A stretch of 64,000 nucleotides of DNA, from positions 186,001 through 250,000 of the IMG/VR virus record IMGVR_UViG_3300047476_002078. One strand, given 5' to 3'. Numbering within the stretch: the stretch's first letter is position 1; each line of letters begins with the position of its first letter. Shown piece after piece: positions 9,345-19,398 of this stretch. Made by a program: the position numbers and the translations under genes. Below the pieces are notes generated by a model. The model was not told the DNA's origin. It saw only the letters and a program-made list of their open reading frames with translations, and did no database searches.

Positions 9345-11050
9345 TGGAAAATAATAAGAAAAAGATGCCTGTAGTTCAGGTAAATAAAAATCCACATCCC
9401 TCAAAAGTTAAAAATAACCGTAAGTACGCTACCGCTCAGTTGACTCGAAATAAGACGGCAAGCCCTGATACAATGTTATCTTCCGCTAGTAATATATTTT
9501 CGTTTCAGTTAGGTACAGACTTTCTTGAAAAACCACAAAACCTTAAAGAGAAGCGAGCGGTATATAGATACTTGGCTAGTTCAGATGAGTTCGTAAATCG
9601 TGCTTTAGAACTCAAGGTTTCGATACCTTTATCTAAAGTCAGACTTAATCCTCCCGATGGAAGAAACTTTGAAAAGAATCAATACATTTTAGATTTTTAT
9701 GAAAAGATGTGTAATAGAATCAAACTTTTTGAGCGTTTATGCCAAATTGTTTACGAGTATTATCTTCATGGAGTTTGTTACACTTTTACAGAAGATCAAG
9801 ATGAAGACGAAGAACTTGATCTTGAAAATTTAGATGCTGAATTAGCAAAAATGCTTGAAGATGAGAAAAAAGAATTAGCAAACGGTCAACCTCTTGCTAA
9901 AGATAAATATGACGTAGTTGAGCCTTCTTATGAAGGGTGGAAAAGACTTGTAATTCTTCCTCCAGACGCAGTTGAAGTAACAACATATCCATTTAGTGAC
10001 AGGGTTGACGTTAGAGTAATACCTCCAGTCAACACGAAGAATAATCAGCTTTCTCCTGACGAAGAAGGGGTTCTATCCGGAATACCTGAAGAAATTAAAA
10101 ATTCTATGCAGGAAGGAAAAATTCCTCTCGATACAGACCCTAATACAGGTTCATTTGTTCACGTATTAAAGAGAGGGGGAAGTTATTACGATGATTTAGG
10201 TCAATCTCTGTTAGACCCTATTCTCGGAACAATGGTTTATAGAGAAAAACTTCGTCAAGCTCAAACATCAATTGCTTCAAGACACATGACTCCTATTAGA
10301 GTGGTTTGGGGTGAGAATTTGTCTTCTTTCCACGTTGATGATTTAAGAGCACAGGTTGATCTTGCCTTGCAAGACCCTGATTATTCAATCATCGCTAACT
10401 ATGAAATTAACTGGCAAGAGTTCGGCTCTAACGACAGATTAATGGATTTAACTTCTGAGTACGAAGAAACAGAAAAAAGAATGATGGTAGCATTAGGATT
10501 CACTTCTGAAATTTTAAGAGGTGAGGGAACCTATGCAGGAAACAGACTTAATCTTGAAATTATCAACACTGAATTTTTACATCTACGTCAAATCATATCT
10601 TCTTTTATTGAAGAGTATATCTTTGCCCCAATTGCAAAGAGGAAAGGTTTTTACGAAATAGATAAATTCGGGAACAAAAAATTGCTTTATCCTAAATTGA
10701 GCTTTAGCCGTCTTGCCCTTAAAGACAACCAAGAAGTGTTTAGCTCCTTACTCGATTTATATCAGAAAGGTGCTATACCTATCTCTTATGTTCTTGATTT
10801 ATTTAACATTGATGATAAGTCAGCCTTTAAAGAAATGAAAGATGACTTATTTACGCCTAGAGACTCTACGTATAATGAGTTTTTACGAGGTATTAATCAG
10901 TCTGTTTCTCAAAAATTTGCAGATGAAACCAATATTTTTGATCTTTTTGTAGATAAGCTAAAAAATGTGGGTATTAAAAAGCAAGAGGCTCCTCAAGAAG
11001 GGGGAGGAGATATGGCTAGATTTGCAAACAAAAGTCAAAATAAAGTATGA
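9344..11050 (+). CDS. Portal protein
   Basis: 568 aa, downstream of TerL, helical portal-like pattern (RMMVALGFTSEILRGEGTYAG, FIEEYIFAPIA). Confidence 0.75.
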   Translation: MENNKKKMPVVQVNKNPHPSKVKNNRKYATAQLTRNKTASPDTMLSSASNIFSFQLGTDFLEKPQNLKEKRAVYRYLASSDEFVNRALELKVSIPLSKVRLNPPDGRNFEKNQYILDFYEKMCNRIKLFERLCQIVYEYYLHGVCYTFTEDQDEDEELDLENLDAELAKMLEDEKKELANGQPLAKDKYDVVEPSYEGWKRLVILPPDAVEVTTYPFSDRVDVRVIPPVNTKNNQLSPDEEGVLSGIPEEIKNSMQEGKIPLDTDPNTGSFVHVLKRGGSYYDDLGQSLLDPILGTMVYREKLRQAQTSIASRHMTPIRVVWGENLSSFHVDDLRAQVDLALQDPDYSIIANYEINWQEFGSNDRLMDLTSEYEETEKRMMVALGFTSEILRGEGTYAGNRLNLEIINTEFLHLRQIISSFIEEYIFAPIAKRKGFYEIDKFGNKKLLYPKLSFSRLALKDNQEVFSSLLDLYQKGAIPISYVLDLFNIDDKSAFKEMKDDLFTPRDSTYNEFLRGINQSVSQKFADETNIFDLFVDKLKNVGIKKQEAPQEGGGDMARFANKSQNKV

Positions 11051-11069
11051 ATTTTTACCTTTATAGAAA

Positions 11070-11300
11070 ATGACTGTAGCAGAGAAATTTATTAAAAATT
11101 TAAAGGCGTTAGCAGATAAAAAAGTATTTACTGAAGAAGAAGTATCTTTCATTCTTTTGTCTTTACAAGAAACCGCTACTTTATCGCCATTAGAACTCAT
11201 AAGTCTGCTAGATAATGTAGATGTCTGCTTTGAGGAAGCATTAAAAGAAATGCCCCAAGATGAGTTTGACGCTTTGAAAAAAGAATTGCTTGAGGAGTAA
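11070..11300 (+). CDS. Hypothetical protein
   Basis: 76-aa acidic ORF in the operon; its 3' end carries the RBS of the next gene. Confidence 0.5.
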   Translation: MTVAEKFIKNLKALADKKVFTEEEVSFILLSLQETATLSPLELISLLDNVDVCFEEALKEMPQDEFDALKKELLEE

Positions 11301-11302
11301 AA

Positions 11303-13078
11303 ATGTCATTCGTTAAACGCTTATCACCTTTAGTAACAGTTAAAAGAAAGACAAATACGGATAAGGTTCCCACAGGTCTTCTTGGAACTAATGCTGTAAG
11401 CACAAATATGTTACAGAATGGTGCTGTGACTCTTGAAAAGCTCTCATTTGATATTGGTGGATATGTTGGAAGTTTTACTAACCGAATTCCAAGTGTTGTA
11501 ACAAGCGGAACAGAGGGACAAGCGGTTTATTTCAACGGCACTTCTTATGTTCCTTGTATTGCGGATGATTTATCAACATCTAAGTTTTCAGGTATTTTAG
11601 TTTTAAATACGTTTACGAATCAATTAGACTTAGTAACTTCTGGAGTAGTTTCAGGATACACTGGTTTAGTAGCAGGGACGATTTTTTATTTAAGTCAAAG
11701 TAATGCAGGTGAAATAACAGACGTGCGTCCTTTTACTGGAATTGTTCGTCCTATCGGAATTGCAATTTCTAATTCTGAAATTCAAATAATCCAACCGATA
11801 ACGCAAAATATTAGTAATGAGTCTTCGATTATACGAAAAGCCCCGATGGCAGATGTAGGCTTAGGTAAAGCTGTTTATTATAATTCATCAACAAATGCTT
11901 TTGAATTAGCCGATAACACATCATTCGCTCTTTCAAGAGTTGTAGGTCTTTCGCTTTTAAATGAATTAGGAGTAGCCACAGATATATTACTATCAGGAAT
12001 TATTGAACTTTCTGGATTATCTGTAGGCTCGACTTATTTTTTAGATGCTTCAGGAGAGATTACAGACACTTCACCAAGCTCAGGTTTTGCAGTTGAGATT
12101 GGAAAAGCTATCACGGAAACGAAACTTTTAGTTGATATTAAATATCTTGGTATTTATAGTGCAGGAACAGGTCCGACTACGATTAACTGGAACAATGGTG
12201 ATGTTCAATCTTGTAGCGTGACTGCTAACATTACAACATTTAGTAACGGCGTATCTGGTAAAATTTATACTTTAATTACGACTACTAACGGAACTCAATA
12301 TAGTTTTCCTAGCTCAGTAACGCCTTCAACATCTAGTAGTTCTTTACCTAACGGCTCAGTAGTTGTTTATCAATTTCTTTGTGAAAGCCCCTCAGTTTAC
12401 AGAAATATTTCTTATGGGGAACCTACAACATTTTTTAGTGCAGGAACAGGTCCGACTACGATTAACTGGAACAACGGTTCTACTCAATCATTAACTTTAA
12501 CTGCTAACATTACAAGCTTCAACAATGGAGTAGCTGGCAGGCTATACACTTTGCTCGTTACCTCTAATGGTACTTCTTATACCCTTCCAACATCTTTAGT
12601 AAATTGGGATGGAATAGTTCCTCAATCAGGAGCGACTTTTACCCTCCTTATATTATGTATTGATTCATCGACATACAGAATTTTAAATACTCCGTACATA
12701 ACTTCAAACGAGTATGATTACGTTGTTGGTACTTCATCACAAGTAACTAACGGTCTGGCTACACATTCAAGTTTACAGTCTGCAATCACACAAGCTGCTG
12801 CTAACTCTAAAATTTTAATTTTAAAAGGTTACTCCCTTTCAGAAAATGTTACCTTGAATAAAACTATGAATATCGACGGCGAAGGTAGAACTTCCGCCAT
12901 AACAGGTAATTTGACTCTTGGAGCGGACTGCGACTTTAGCATAATTAGAGATATAAGAGTTACGGGAAATGTCGTTTTTAGTGCAGGCTCAAGTTTTAAT
13001 TTTTTACGAGACTCTTGGGTGGGAGGAACTGTTACTGATTCCGGAACAAGTAATTCAGTATTAGTAATACAGGCTTAA
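11303..13078 (+). CDS. Virion fibre/decoration protein (two cement-like repeats, two 93-aa repeats, C-terminal beta-helix-like segment)
   Basis: Gly/Thr/Ser-rich; repeated G.AVY...G....SG...GL..G..Y.L...G.IT modules; tandem TTINWNNG..QS..TANIT.F.NG..G..YTL units. Confidence 0.65.
   Translation: MSFVKRLSPLVTVKRKTNTDKVPTGLLGTNAVSTNMLQNGAVTLEKLSFDIGGYVGSFTNRIPSVVTSGTEGQAVYFNGTSYVPCIADDLSTSKFSGILVLNTFTNQLDLVTSGVVSGYTGLVAGTIFYLSQSNAGEITDVRPFTGIVRPIGIAISNSEIQIIQPITQNISNESSIIRKAPMADVGLGKAVYYNSSTNAFELADNTSFALSRVVGLSLLNELGVATDILLSGIIELSGLSVGSTYFLDASGEITDTSPSSGFAVEIGKAITETKLLVDIKYLGIYSAGTGPTTINWNNGDVQSCSVTANITTFSNGVSGKIYTLITTTNGTQYSFPSSVTPSTSSSSLPNGSVVVYQFLCESPSVYRNISYGEPTTFFSAGTGPTTINWNNGSTQSLTLTANITSFNNGVAGRLYTLLVTSNGTSYTLPTSLVNWDGIVPQSGATFTLLILCIDSSTYRILNTPYITSNEYDYVVGTSSQVTNGLATHSSLQSAITQAAANSKILILKGYSLSENVTLNKTMNIDGEGRTSAITGNLTLGADCDFSIIRDIRVTGNVVFSAGSSFNFLRDSWVGGTVTDSGTSNSVLVIQA
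12157..12474 (+). repeat. Intragenic tandem duplication, period 279 nt, with a 39-bp identical core
   Basis: TAGTGCAGGAACAGGTCCGACTACGATTAACTGGAACAA at 12157-12195 and 12436-12474. Confidence 0.9.
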
Positions 13079-13082
13079 CCAA

Positions 13083-15140
13083 ATGACTATTTTAGAATCC
13101 AGAGTTAGGACATTAACGACTACAGAGCACTTGTCAAATTTGACAACATTATCTTCTGGAACTCTTTCTTGTTCTATTACTGCTTCTGCGGTGAGTGTAG
13201 GTTTAGCTTGGTCAGCTTCAGCGTCTATATCATCTGCCCGTTACCATGTTTCAGGCTCAGGGAGCCAAAATGCTGCCTTTGTAGCTAATGGTATTACTAG
13301 CACCGCCCCTTCTCCAACTGGTGCTCAAAGTCCAATGTCTCTACTAACAGTTGAAGCTTTTAATGGAACCAACTGGTTTTCAAGAGCCGACACCTTAGCT
13401 CGAAGATTCCAAGGAGCTTCTTTTGGTAATTATGCTGGAACGATTGTAGTCGGCGGAGAAAATTATGCTATTGGCGTAGTTACTATAAACGGCGTTGCGA
13501 CAAATTATGAAATCACTTTAAGTCAATCTGAAATTCATACAATTATATTAAACTCATGGAGATCGTCATCTAACCTAAACACAGATAGAAGATTGTTATC
13601 TGCCTGCGGTACAGTCAATGCAGGTTTGACTGTGGCAGGATACAGAATAAACTCTGTTTCAAATGTTACCGAAAAATTTAATGGTCTTGTTTGGTCTAAT
13701 AGCGGAGCAGTCACGGCTAGATACGGTTCTGCTTCAACAGGCTCTCAAAATGCAGCTTTATGTTTCGGTGGATTTACTACAGGAGTCTTATCAATAACTG
13801 AAAAATTTAATGGGAATACTTGGTCATCCACAGGGTCAATGCCTACAGCTTTACACGCTCATTCAGGAGCAGGAAGCGGAAACTATGCTCTTTCTATTTC
13901 AGGATACACGACTGTAGGAACTACTGTATGCCAAAGGTTTAACGTATCTACTTGGTCAACATCTCAGTCAAATATAACAGCTAGATGGTGGACAGGGGGA
14001 GCAGGTACACAAAACAAGGCTTTAGTATTTGGAGGCTCCTCTACTACAATATCTGAAAAATATAATGGTAACGCTTTACTTCAAATAAAAGTTTATTCGA
14101 GACATGAAGAGGATAACAGTAATCAATCCACTTCAATAAAAGTATTAGAAGAAGCTCACATAGAGATTACGAACTTTCCTTACGCTAATCTTTTAGAAAG
14201 AACTGAACTTCAAGAAATAAGTTTATCAGAAGATGATGGATGTTGGTCTAGTTCTTCTGGAGCTATGACTGTCGCTAGACAAGGTTGTATGGCTACAGGA
14301 ACATATAGAACAGCATTAATTTTTGGGGGTTTTACATCTTTAGGAGTTACTGTTCCAGTCAGTTCAATAGTCACAGAAAAATTTAATCTTGATGTAGTTA
14401 CAGCTTCAGCTAACATGCTCTTAGGAACTTGGAATATGGGGTGCTCTGGTACTCAGAACGCTACATTTAGTTTTGGGGGGAATGCTTCTCAAAGCCCTTT
14501 TATAAGAAATAATTCATATAGTTTTAATGGAACATCTTGGAGCAGTAGCTCTGCTACTTTAAATGTTAGCAGACAGTCTTTAGCAGGATTAGGGGCTTCA
14601 TTATCAGCTTTTGCTATTGGAGGAAGTTCTGGTACAGAAATTTTTAGATCAACTGAAATTTATAATGGAACATCTTGGAGTAATTCACAAAACTTAAATA
14701 TCCCAAGAGAGGCGGCAGAAGGAACAGGAAGTGTGAACTCTGCTATTATTGTAAATGGTAGATTTGAACTTTCTGGTAATAGAACTAGGTCAACTGAAAA
14801 ATTTAATGGGGTTTCTTGGTCTTCTTCTGATATGCCTGTTGTTTCTTTTGCTTCTGGTGGAATATCAGGAACACAAAACAATTGTGTATTTTTTGGAGGT
14901 TTCTCTACTTCAGTTACTTCTCTAACACAAGTTTATAACGGTACAACTTGGTTTTTAACTGGAGCTATGGTTTCAGGAAGACATCAACATGGAGGTTGCG
15001 GAACGCAATCTTACGCAATTGCGACGGGAGGATTTACTACAGCTATAGCAAACTCTATAGAAAGAAGACTTGATAGATTTGCACCTACCGTTACAGGAAC
15101 CTTATCGTTAAATAACTTAACGAGTGGTACAATATCATAA
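13083..15140 (+). CDS. Kelch-like repeat (beta-propeller) virion protein
   Basis: About a dozen repeats of type TE.FNG..WS..G.M..AR....G.GTQN.AL.FGG, in two blocks separated by an acidic linker. Confidence 0.8.
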   Translation: MTILESRVRTLTTTEHLSNLTTLSSGTLSCSITASAVSVGLAWSASASISSARYHVSGSGSQNAAFVANGITSTAPSPTGAQSPMSLLTVEAFNGTNWFSRADTLARRFQGASFGNYAGTIVVGGENYAIGVVTINGVATNYEITLSQSEIHTIILNSWRSSSNLNTDRRLLSACGTVNAGLTVAGYRINSVSNVTEKFNGLVWSNSGAVTARYGSASTGSQNAALCFGGFTTGVLSITEKFNGNTWSSTGSMPTALHAHSGAGSGNYALSISGYTTVGTTVCQRFNVSTWSTSQSNITARWWTGGAGTQNKALVFGGSSTTISEKYNGNALLQIKVYSRHEEDNSNQSTSIKVLEEAHIEITNFPYANLLERTELQEISLSEDDGCWSSSSGAMTVARQGCMATGTYRTALIFGGFTSLGVTVPVSSIVTEKFNLDVVTASANMLLGTWNMGCSGTQNATFSFGGNASQSPFIRNNSYSFNGTSWSSSSATLNVSRQSLAGLGASLSAFAIGGSSGTEIFRSTEIYNGTSWSNSQNLNIPREAAEGTGSVNSAIIVNGRFELSGNRTRSTEKFNGVSWSSSDMPVVSFASGGISGTQNNCVFFGGFSTSVTSLTQVYNGTTWFLTGAMVSGRHQHGGCGTQSYAIATGGFTTAIANSIERRLDRFAPTVTGTLSLNNLTSGTIS

Positions 15141-15159
15141 ATATAGATGGAGAAAAAAT

Positions 15160-15903
15160 ATGTCAGAAATAATTCCAATTTTAGGAAATGCTACAGTATC
15201 AGAAGTAATTGAAGCTGTTAAGCATATACCTATCCTTAAAAATGAAGATATTTCTTTTTTGCAAGAAAACTCTCGTCATCTCGCAACAGTAATTGAAAAG
15301 ACACACATTTGGAGAACAGATACTCAAAAACTATCTATCATTAATGATGTTCAGTTTCCAACAGCACACGCTAAACTGCACCAATCTATGTTAGAGCAAA
15401 AAGTTCAGTTCGACCAAGCTATGTATCTGGCGAAAGATTTTGAGTTTAAAAAATTAGAGGCAGAAGAAAAACAATTAGACTTGTCAGAACTTGGTGATTC
15501 AGCAAGGGATAAAATTAAAAAGAAAAAATTAGAAATTGAACTTCAATTTATAAACTATGAATTGAAGCAAATGCAAATTTCTATGCACTATAGGATGGAA
15601 GAAATTAAAGGTTGGCAAAAGATTCAAAATGAACTTTTAGATGATCTAAGAGCTTCAGGTATGTCTGAAGAGGAAATTTGGTCTAAAAACGCAGGCGAGC
15701 TTAAATTTATGTTTTACTACGCTCTCAACAATCTTCAATCACTTCCAACTACAACTGATAGTGCTGAACGCTCGAATCTTATTTCTATTGCACTTTTTTC
15801 TTACAAGAACGCTCAAAGAGCAGGTATGTTGGAAGAATTTAAAAAAGGTTGCAATTCTATTCAATTAGATTCTTTAAACTGGTTAGAAAAACAATTGGGG
15901 TAA
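15160..15903 (+). CDS. Coiled-coil protein of the type often found beside Kelch-repeat phage fibre genes
   Basis: Start moved to ATG 15160 (GGAG RBS). WRTDTQ..SIINDVQFPT.HAK..Q resembles phage proteins adjacent to Kelch genes (recalled, not searched). Confidence 0.55.
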   Translation: MSEIIPILGNATVSEVIEAVKHIPILKNEDISFLQENSRHLATVIEKTHIWRTDTQKLSIINDVQFPTAHAKLHQSMLEQKVQFDQAMYLAKDFEFKKLEAEEKQLDLSELGDSARDKIKKKKLEIELQFINYELKQMQISMHYRMEEIKGWQKIQNELLDDLRASGMSEEEIWSKNAGELKFMFYYALNNLQSLPTTTDSAERSNLISIALFSYKNAQRAGMLEEFKKGCNSIQLDSLNWLEKQLG

Positions 15904-15906
15904 AAT

Positions 15907-16329
15907 ATGTGGGAAAATTTAATCGCTAAAGCGAGAACACTTGCAATGTACTATCATACAGCACATTGGCAAGTTCATGGTTCACTTTATTATTCAGATC
16001 ATTTACTTTTTGAAAGACTTTATAATTCTTCAACAGAAGACATTGATAAGCTTGCGGAAAGAGCTATAGGAATCACAGGCGATATTGGGGTTGTTAATTT
16101 GAATAACATCTTATCTTTGATGTGTGCGGAGGCTGTAAAGCTACCTTATGAGTGCAAAGAAAATATTCAATACGCTCAAGCAGCATTACTTTTAGAAAAA
16201 GACTTTATATCTTGTTTAAATGAATGTGAGGCTAATGCTGAATCCGCAGGAACTAAAGATTTGTTAGCAGGAATATCAGATAAACATGAAGAACATATTT
16301 ATCTTTTACAGCAAAGAGTTTCTAAATAA
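15907..16329 (+). CDS. Dps/ferritin-like protein
   Basis: HTAHWQVHG, HLLFERLY, DIDKLAERA and KHEEH give the Dps-type four-helix ferroxidase pattern. Confidence 0.75.
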   Translation: MWENLIAKARTLAMYYHTAHWQVHGSLYYSDHLLFERLYNSSTEDIDKLAERAIGITGDIGVVNLNNILSLMCAEAVKLPYECKENIQYAQAALLLEKDFISCLNECEANAESAGTKDLLAGISDKHEEHIYLLQQRVSK

Positions 16330-16592
16330 TGTTTGGTAATATCCCAGAAGAAGTTTTAAATGCAATAGTTCCAGATGTTGATAGTGAAACTACACTGAGA
16401 CAACATCTGGAGTTTTTCAATGCTGAAATTGATGTAGCCTTGTGGCAAACAGAGTATTCTGATTATTTATCACGTTTAGTTTTAAAAGAATTTATCGCTT
16501 GGTCTAAAGATTATATCTATCTTCAAAGCATGAATGTTTTTGGAGAGACTATTTTAAAAATACCTAAAAATCCACCACAAATATCAGAATAA
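16329..16592 (+). CDS. Hypothetical protein
   Basis: 87-aa ORF coupled by TAATG overlap. Confidence 0.5.
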   Translation: MFGNIPEEVLNAIVPDVDSETTLRQHLEFFNAEIDVALWQTEYSDYLSRLVLKEFIAWSKDYIYLQSMNVFGETILKIPKNPPQISE

Positions 16593-17501
16593 ACTTTCGA
16601 TTGTTGCCATCCACTTCTTAGTTATTTCACAAGTTTTATAATATTGAACTGCTTGATTACCGTTCTCAATAATTTGTTTGTGGTTTATGTCTGAAAGCTT
16701 TTTTAAAATATCTGTAACGTCTTCAAAGCTGTGGTACAGGTATCCATTAACAGCGTGATCTATTGTGGCTCTATAAGAAGGAATTGGCGAAGCTAATGGT
16801 ATCAAGCTGTTTGCCCAAGAAGTAACGACTTTGATTACGCTTTTATTGACACCTGTAACAAAATCATGAGCACAAATAGCTACATGACACTTTCTGTATT
16901 CATCTAGCCACCAATAAGGATTGCCTCCATAATCATCCTCTTCTCTGAAATAATCTCTGCCATCATTGGGGTATCCTATGACTTTAAAATCCCATCCAGC
17001 TTCTTCTACATGTTTACGATACATGTTAGCTAGTTGTGGATTACCTCCACTGTAAACGGCTGTTAATTTTTCATGTTTCTTTGGATAATTAGAGCAATCG
17101 TAAAAAACATCATCGGCAGGGTCATCTATATGAACACATTTACCTAGTTTATGTGTAGTCTCTGTGTGATAAGCAAGCATTGGGCTTACACATATAACAA
17201 AGTCCACAAGAGAAAATATTTCTTTCTGATACGGAAAAGAAAATATACTCTCCATGTGGTGAAAGAAAGTTTTTATTCCAGCATCTTTACATTTTTTAAC
17301 TGTTTGAAGAGTTATCTCATCAACAGAGCAGAAAATGACAGCATTGAGTTTATTATCAAAAATTTCATTTGGATGACTTACTATAAAAGACTGCCACCCC
17401 AATAAGTTCATATTACTATGAACGAAATTTTTAATTCTTAGGTTTGGGTCTTTTAAATTGAAGATGCTTGCACCAAACATCCACCCTATTTTTCTAAACA
17501 T
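16584..17501 (-). CDS. Glycosyltransferase (GT-B, GT4-like)
   Basis: Start moved to 17501 (TGATG overlap). KVVTSWANSLIPLASPIPSYRATIDHAVNGYL is a typical GT4 C-terminal motif. Confidence 0.75.
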   Translation of the reverse strand: MFRKIGWMFGASIFNLKDPNLRIKNFVHSNMNLLGWQSFIVSHPNEIFDNKLNAVIFCSVDEITLQTVKKCKDAGIKTFFHHMESIFSFPYQKEIFSLVDFVICVSPMLAYHTETTHKLGKCVHIDDPADDVFYDCSNYPKKHEKLTAVYSGGNPQLANMYRKHVEEAGWDFKVIGYPNDGRDYFREEDDYGGNPYWWLDEYRKCHVAICAHDFVTGVNKSVIKVVTSWANSLIPLASPIPSYRATIDHAVNGYLYHSFEDVTDILKKLSDINHKQIIENGNQAVQYYKTCEITKKWMATIESLF

Positions 17502-18091
17502 CAAATTAAACCAAGACGCTTTCTTTCTTGCGTCCAAAAATCAGGTTTTACTACTCTGATATGATATTTTATTTCATCTACCACGTTCCAATATCTATGT
17601 CTGGCAATCTGTTGTTCTTCCTCTGACCTATTTTCTAAATATTTAAAATCCGGAAAATAGCCAAACTCTATTTTTTCAACTTCTACTGTGCATAGAATCC
17701 ATGTTTCAGAAATACTCCCTTTCCTTACTAGAGTGTTACCGCAAGGTTTGTGAGTTCCGCTAAAGAAGCTAAAGGCGTATTCATTAAATCTATTATTGAT
17801 ATGGAATGGGTTAGCTATAGTGTGATGAGAATGAGCATAAGGGACTTTAATGAGCCATTTAGCGTCAGGCTTACTTACTCTATACATTTCTTCCAAGCAA
17901 TGAACATAGCCTTTTACAGGGTCTAAATGTTCTAAGCAATGCGAACTATAAATTTCATCAACAGAATCGTTTTCAAAAGGTAATTTATCTACGTTGAAAT
18001 CCATCACATGATTTACTTTTGGATGAACCAAGCAATCAATATTGAAATAACCTTCTAGCGGAATAGGACCGCCTCCAATTTCTACTTTCAC
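17501..18091 (-). CDS. Class I SAM-dependent methyltransferase
   Basis: VEIGGG motif I, GYFNID, LPFENDSVDEIYSSHCLEHL, RVSKPDA. Confidence 0.85.
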   Translation of the reverse strand: MKVEIGGGPIPLEGYFNIDCLVHPKVNHVMDFNVDKLPFENDSVDEIYSSHCLEHLDPVKGYVHCLEEMYRVSKPDAKWLIKVPYAHSHHTIANPFHINNRFNEYAFSFFSGTHKPCGNTLVRKGSISETWILCTVEVEKIEFGYFPDFKYLENRSEEEQQIARHRYWNVVDEIKYHIRVVKPDFWTQERKRLGLI

Positions 18092-19377
18092 ATTAGCTCC
18101 TGTACGATTGCAAACCCGTTGCCTTCTTTAAATTCAAAATAGGATTTATTCTTTTTATACTCATTAAAGAAATTTTTATTGTCTTCTTGAGTATTGCTAA
18201 TAAGAAGCAATCCACCTTTTTTGAGTTTTGATAAAGCTACTCTTAGGTCTGTTGGATTTGTTTCTCTAACAACATGAATTAAATCATACTGTTCGTCAAA
18301 ACCCAAAACACTTTTAGAAAAGTTTTGATAAGTTTTATTAGTTTCTTTTAATGGATGTTCGCTATACGAGGATATTTTAGAATTAGAACCGCTTTTTAAT
18401 AGTGCTTCGCACATTGTATAATATAACTGCCCCTGATTTGTCCCTAGTTCTAAAATATTTATGTTTTCACTTTTTGCTTGTAGGTAAATAAGATTGAAAA
18501 CTGTGTCTATTAAATGTTTTGTAGGCTCAAACCATTTTAACCAGTTCAAGTCAAAAGATGTTTTAAAACATTCTATTTTTTTAAGAAGTTTTTCTAATTC
18601 GGAGTCAGGGTATATATCACAAGATTCTAATTGATAATTTGATTTATCTATAGAAATAGCTTTTTTAAAAGATGCTGTATTAGACTGATTTGGATGTAAA
18701 TTTTCCATCTCTTCATTCCATTTAAGCCAAACATCTTTATACCAAGATTCCATTGAAGGGTCAGCATGAGAAAAGGTTCTTATTTTTCTCAGCATAGACT
18801 CATCACTTCTGACGTAACTATAATGATGACAAATTAAATCTTGAGGAAAAAAGGTGTACCATTTCCCTCTTGTGATAATAGCTCTAGCCTCATTGAAATA
18901 AAGTAAGTCTTGCTCTGTACTAGCAAAAGAAGGTAAAGCTGCTACAGTATTACTTATACAATGCTTTGTATCTTTCCAATAAACTTGGTGCGGTGATAGA
19001 TAAACCGAAAAATCCTGCTTGAAAACTCTTTCATGTAATTGGTTTTTTAAATCAGCATAATTATACATCTCGTCGTCATCAATTATAAAATTCCACTGAA
19101 TACCTTGTTCCCGACATCTTTTTAAACCAAAATTTCTTTGTTCTGCTTCAGACTTCCAGTATCCTGAAACGACCTCAATTTTATGGTGAGGGTCATACAT
19201 CTTTAAAATGTCGGAATAAGTTTGTTCGACAATTTTGTAATCACCTTCACCATTCCAAGGCTTGAAATTTAAGAGAAAAAGAATTTTATCCATCAATGGG
19301 TAAACTCTTCTTACGGACTCGGCTAAAAAACCAGAATTTTCATATACACAATATACGGCGGCTACTTTTTGCATCAT
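18088..19377 (-). CDS. Glycosyltransferase family 2-like domain fused to a methyltransferase-like domain
   Basis: N-terminal GT-A pattern (VYENSGFL, QRNFGL, IIDDDE DxD, HHYSYVR); C-terminal ILELGTNQG, YDLIHV and LKKGGLLLI. Confidence 0.7.
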   Translation of the reverse strand: MMQKVAAVYCVYENSGFLAESVRRVYPLMDKILFLLNFKPWNGEGDYKIVEQTYSDILKMYDPHHKIEVVSGYWKSEAEQRNFGLKRCREQGIQWNFIIDDDEMYNYADLKNQLHERVFKQDFSVYLSPHQVYWKDTKHCISNTVAALPSFASTEQDLLYFNEARAIITRGKWYTFFPQDLICHHYSYVRSDESMLRKIRTFSHADPSMESWYKDVWLKWNEEMENLHPNQSNTASFKKAISIDKSNYQLESCDIYPDSELEKLLKKIECFKTSFDLNWLKWFEPTKHLIDTVFNLIYLQAKSENINILELGTNQGQLYYTMCEALLKSGSNSKISSYSEHPLKETNKTYQNFSKSVLGFDEQYDLIHVVRETNPTDLRVALSKLKKGGLLLISNTQEDNKNFFNEYKKNKSYFEFKEGNGFAIVQELM

Positions 19378-19398
19378 AATTGATACTATAGGAAAAAG

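Noticed and set aside
12157-12474. Diversity-generating retroelement template/variable repeat pair
   Set aside because: Mismatches between units are not adenine-specific, both units are in-frame mid-gene, and no reverse transcriptase is in the window.
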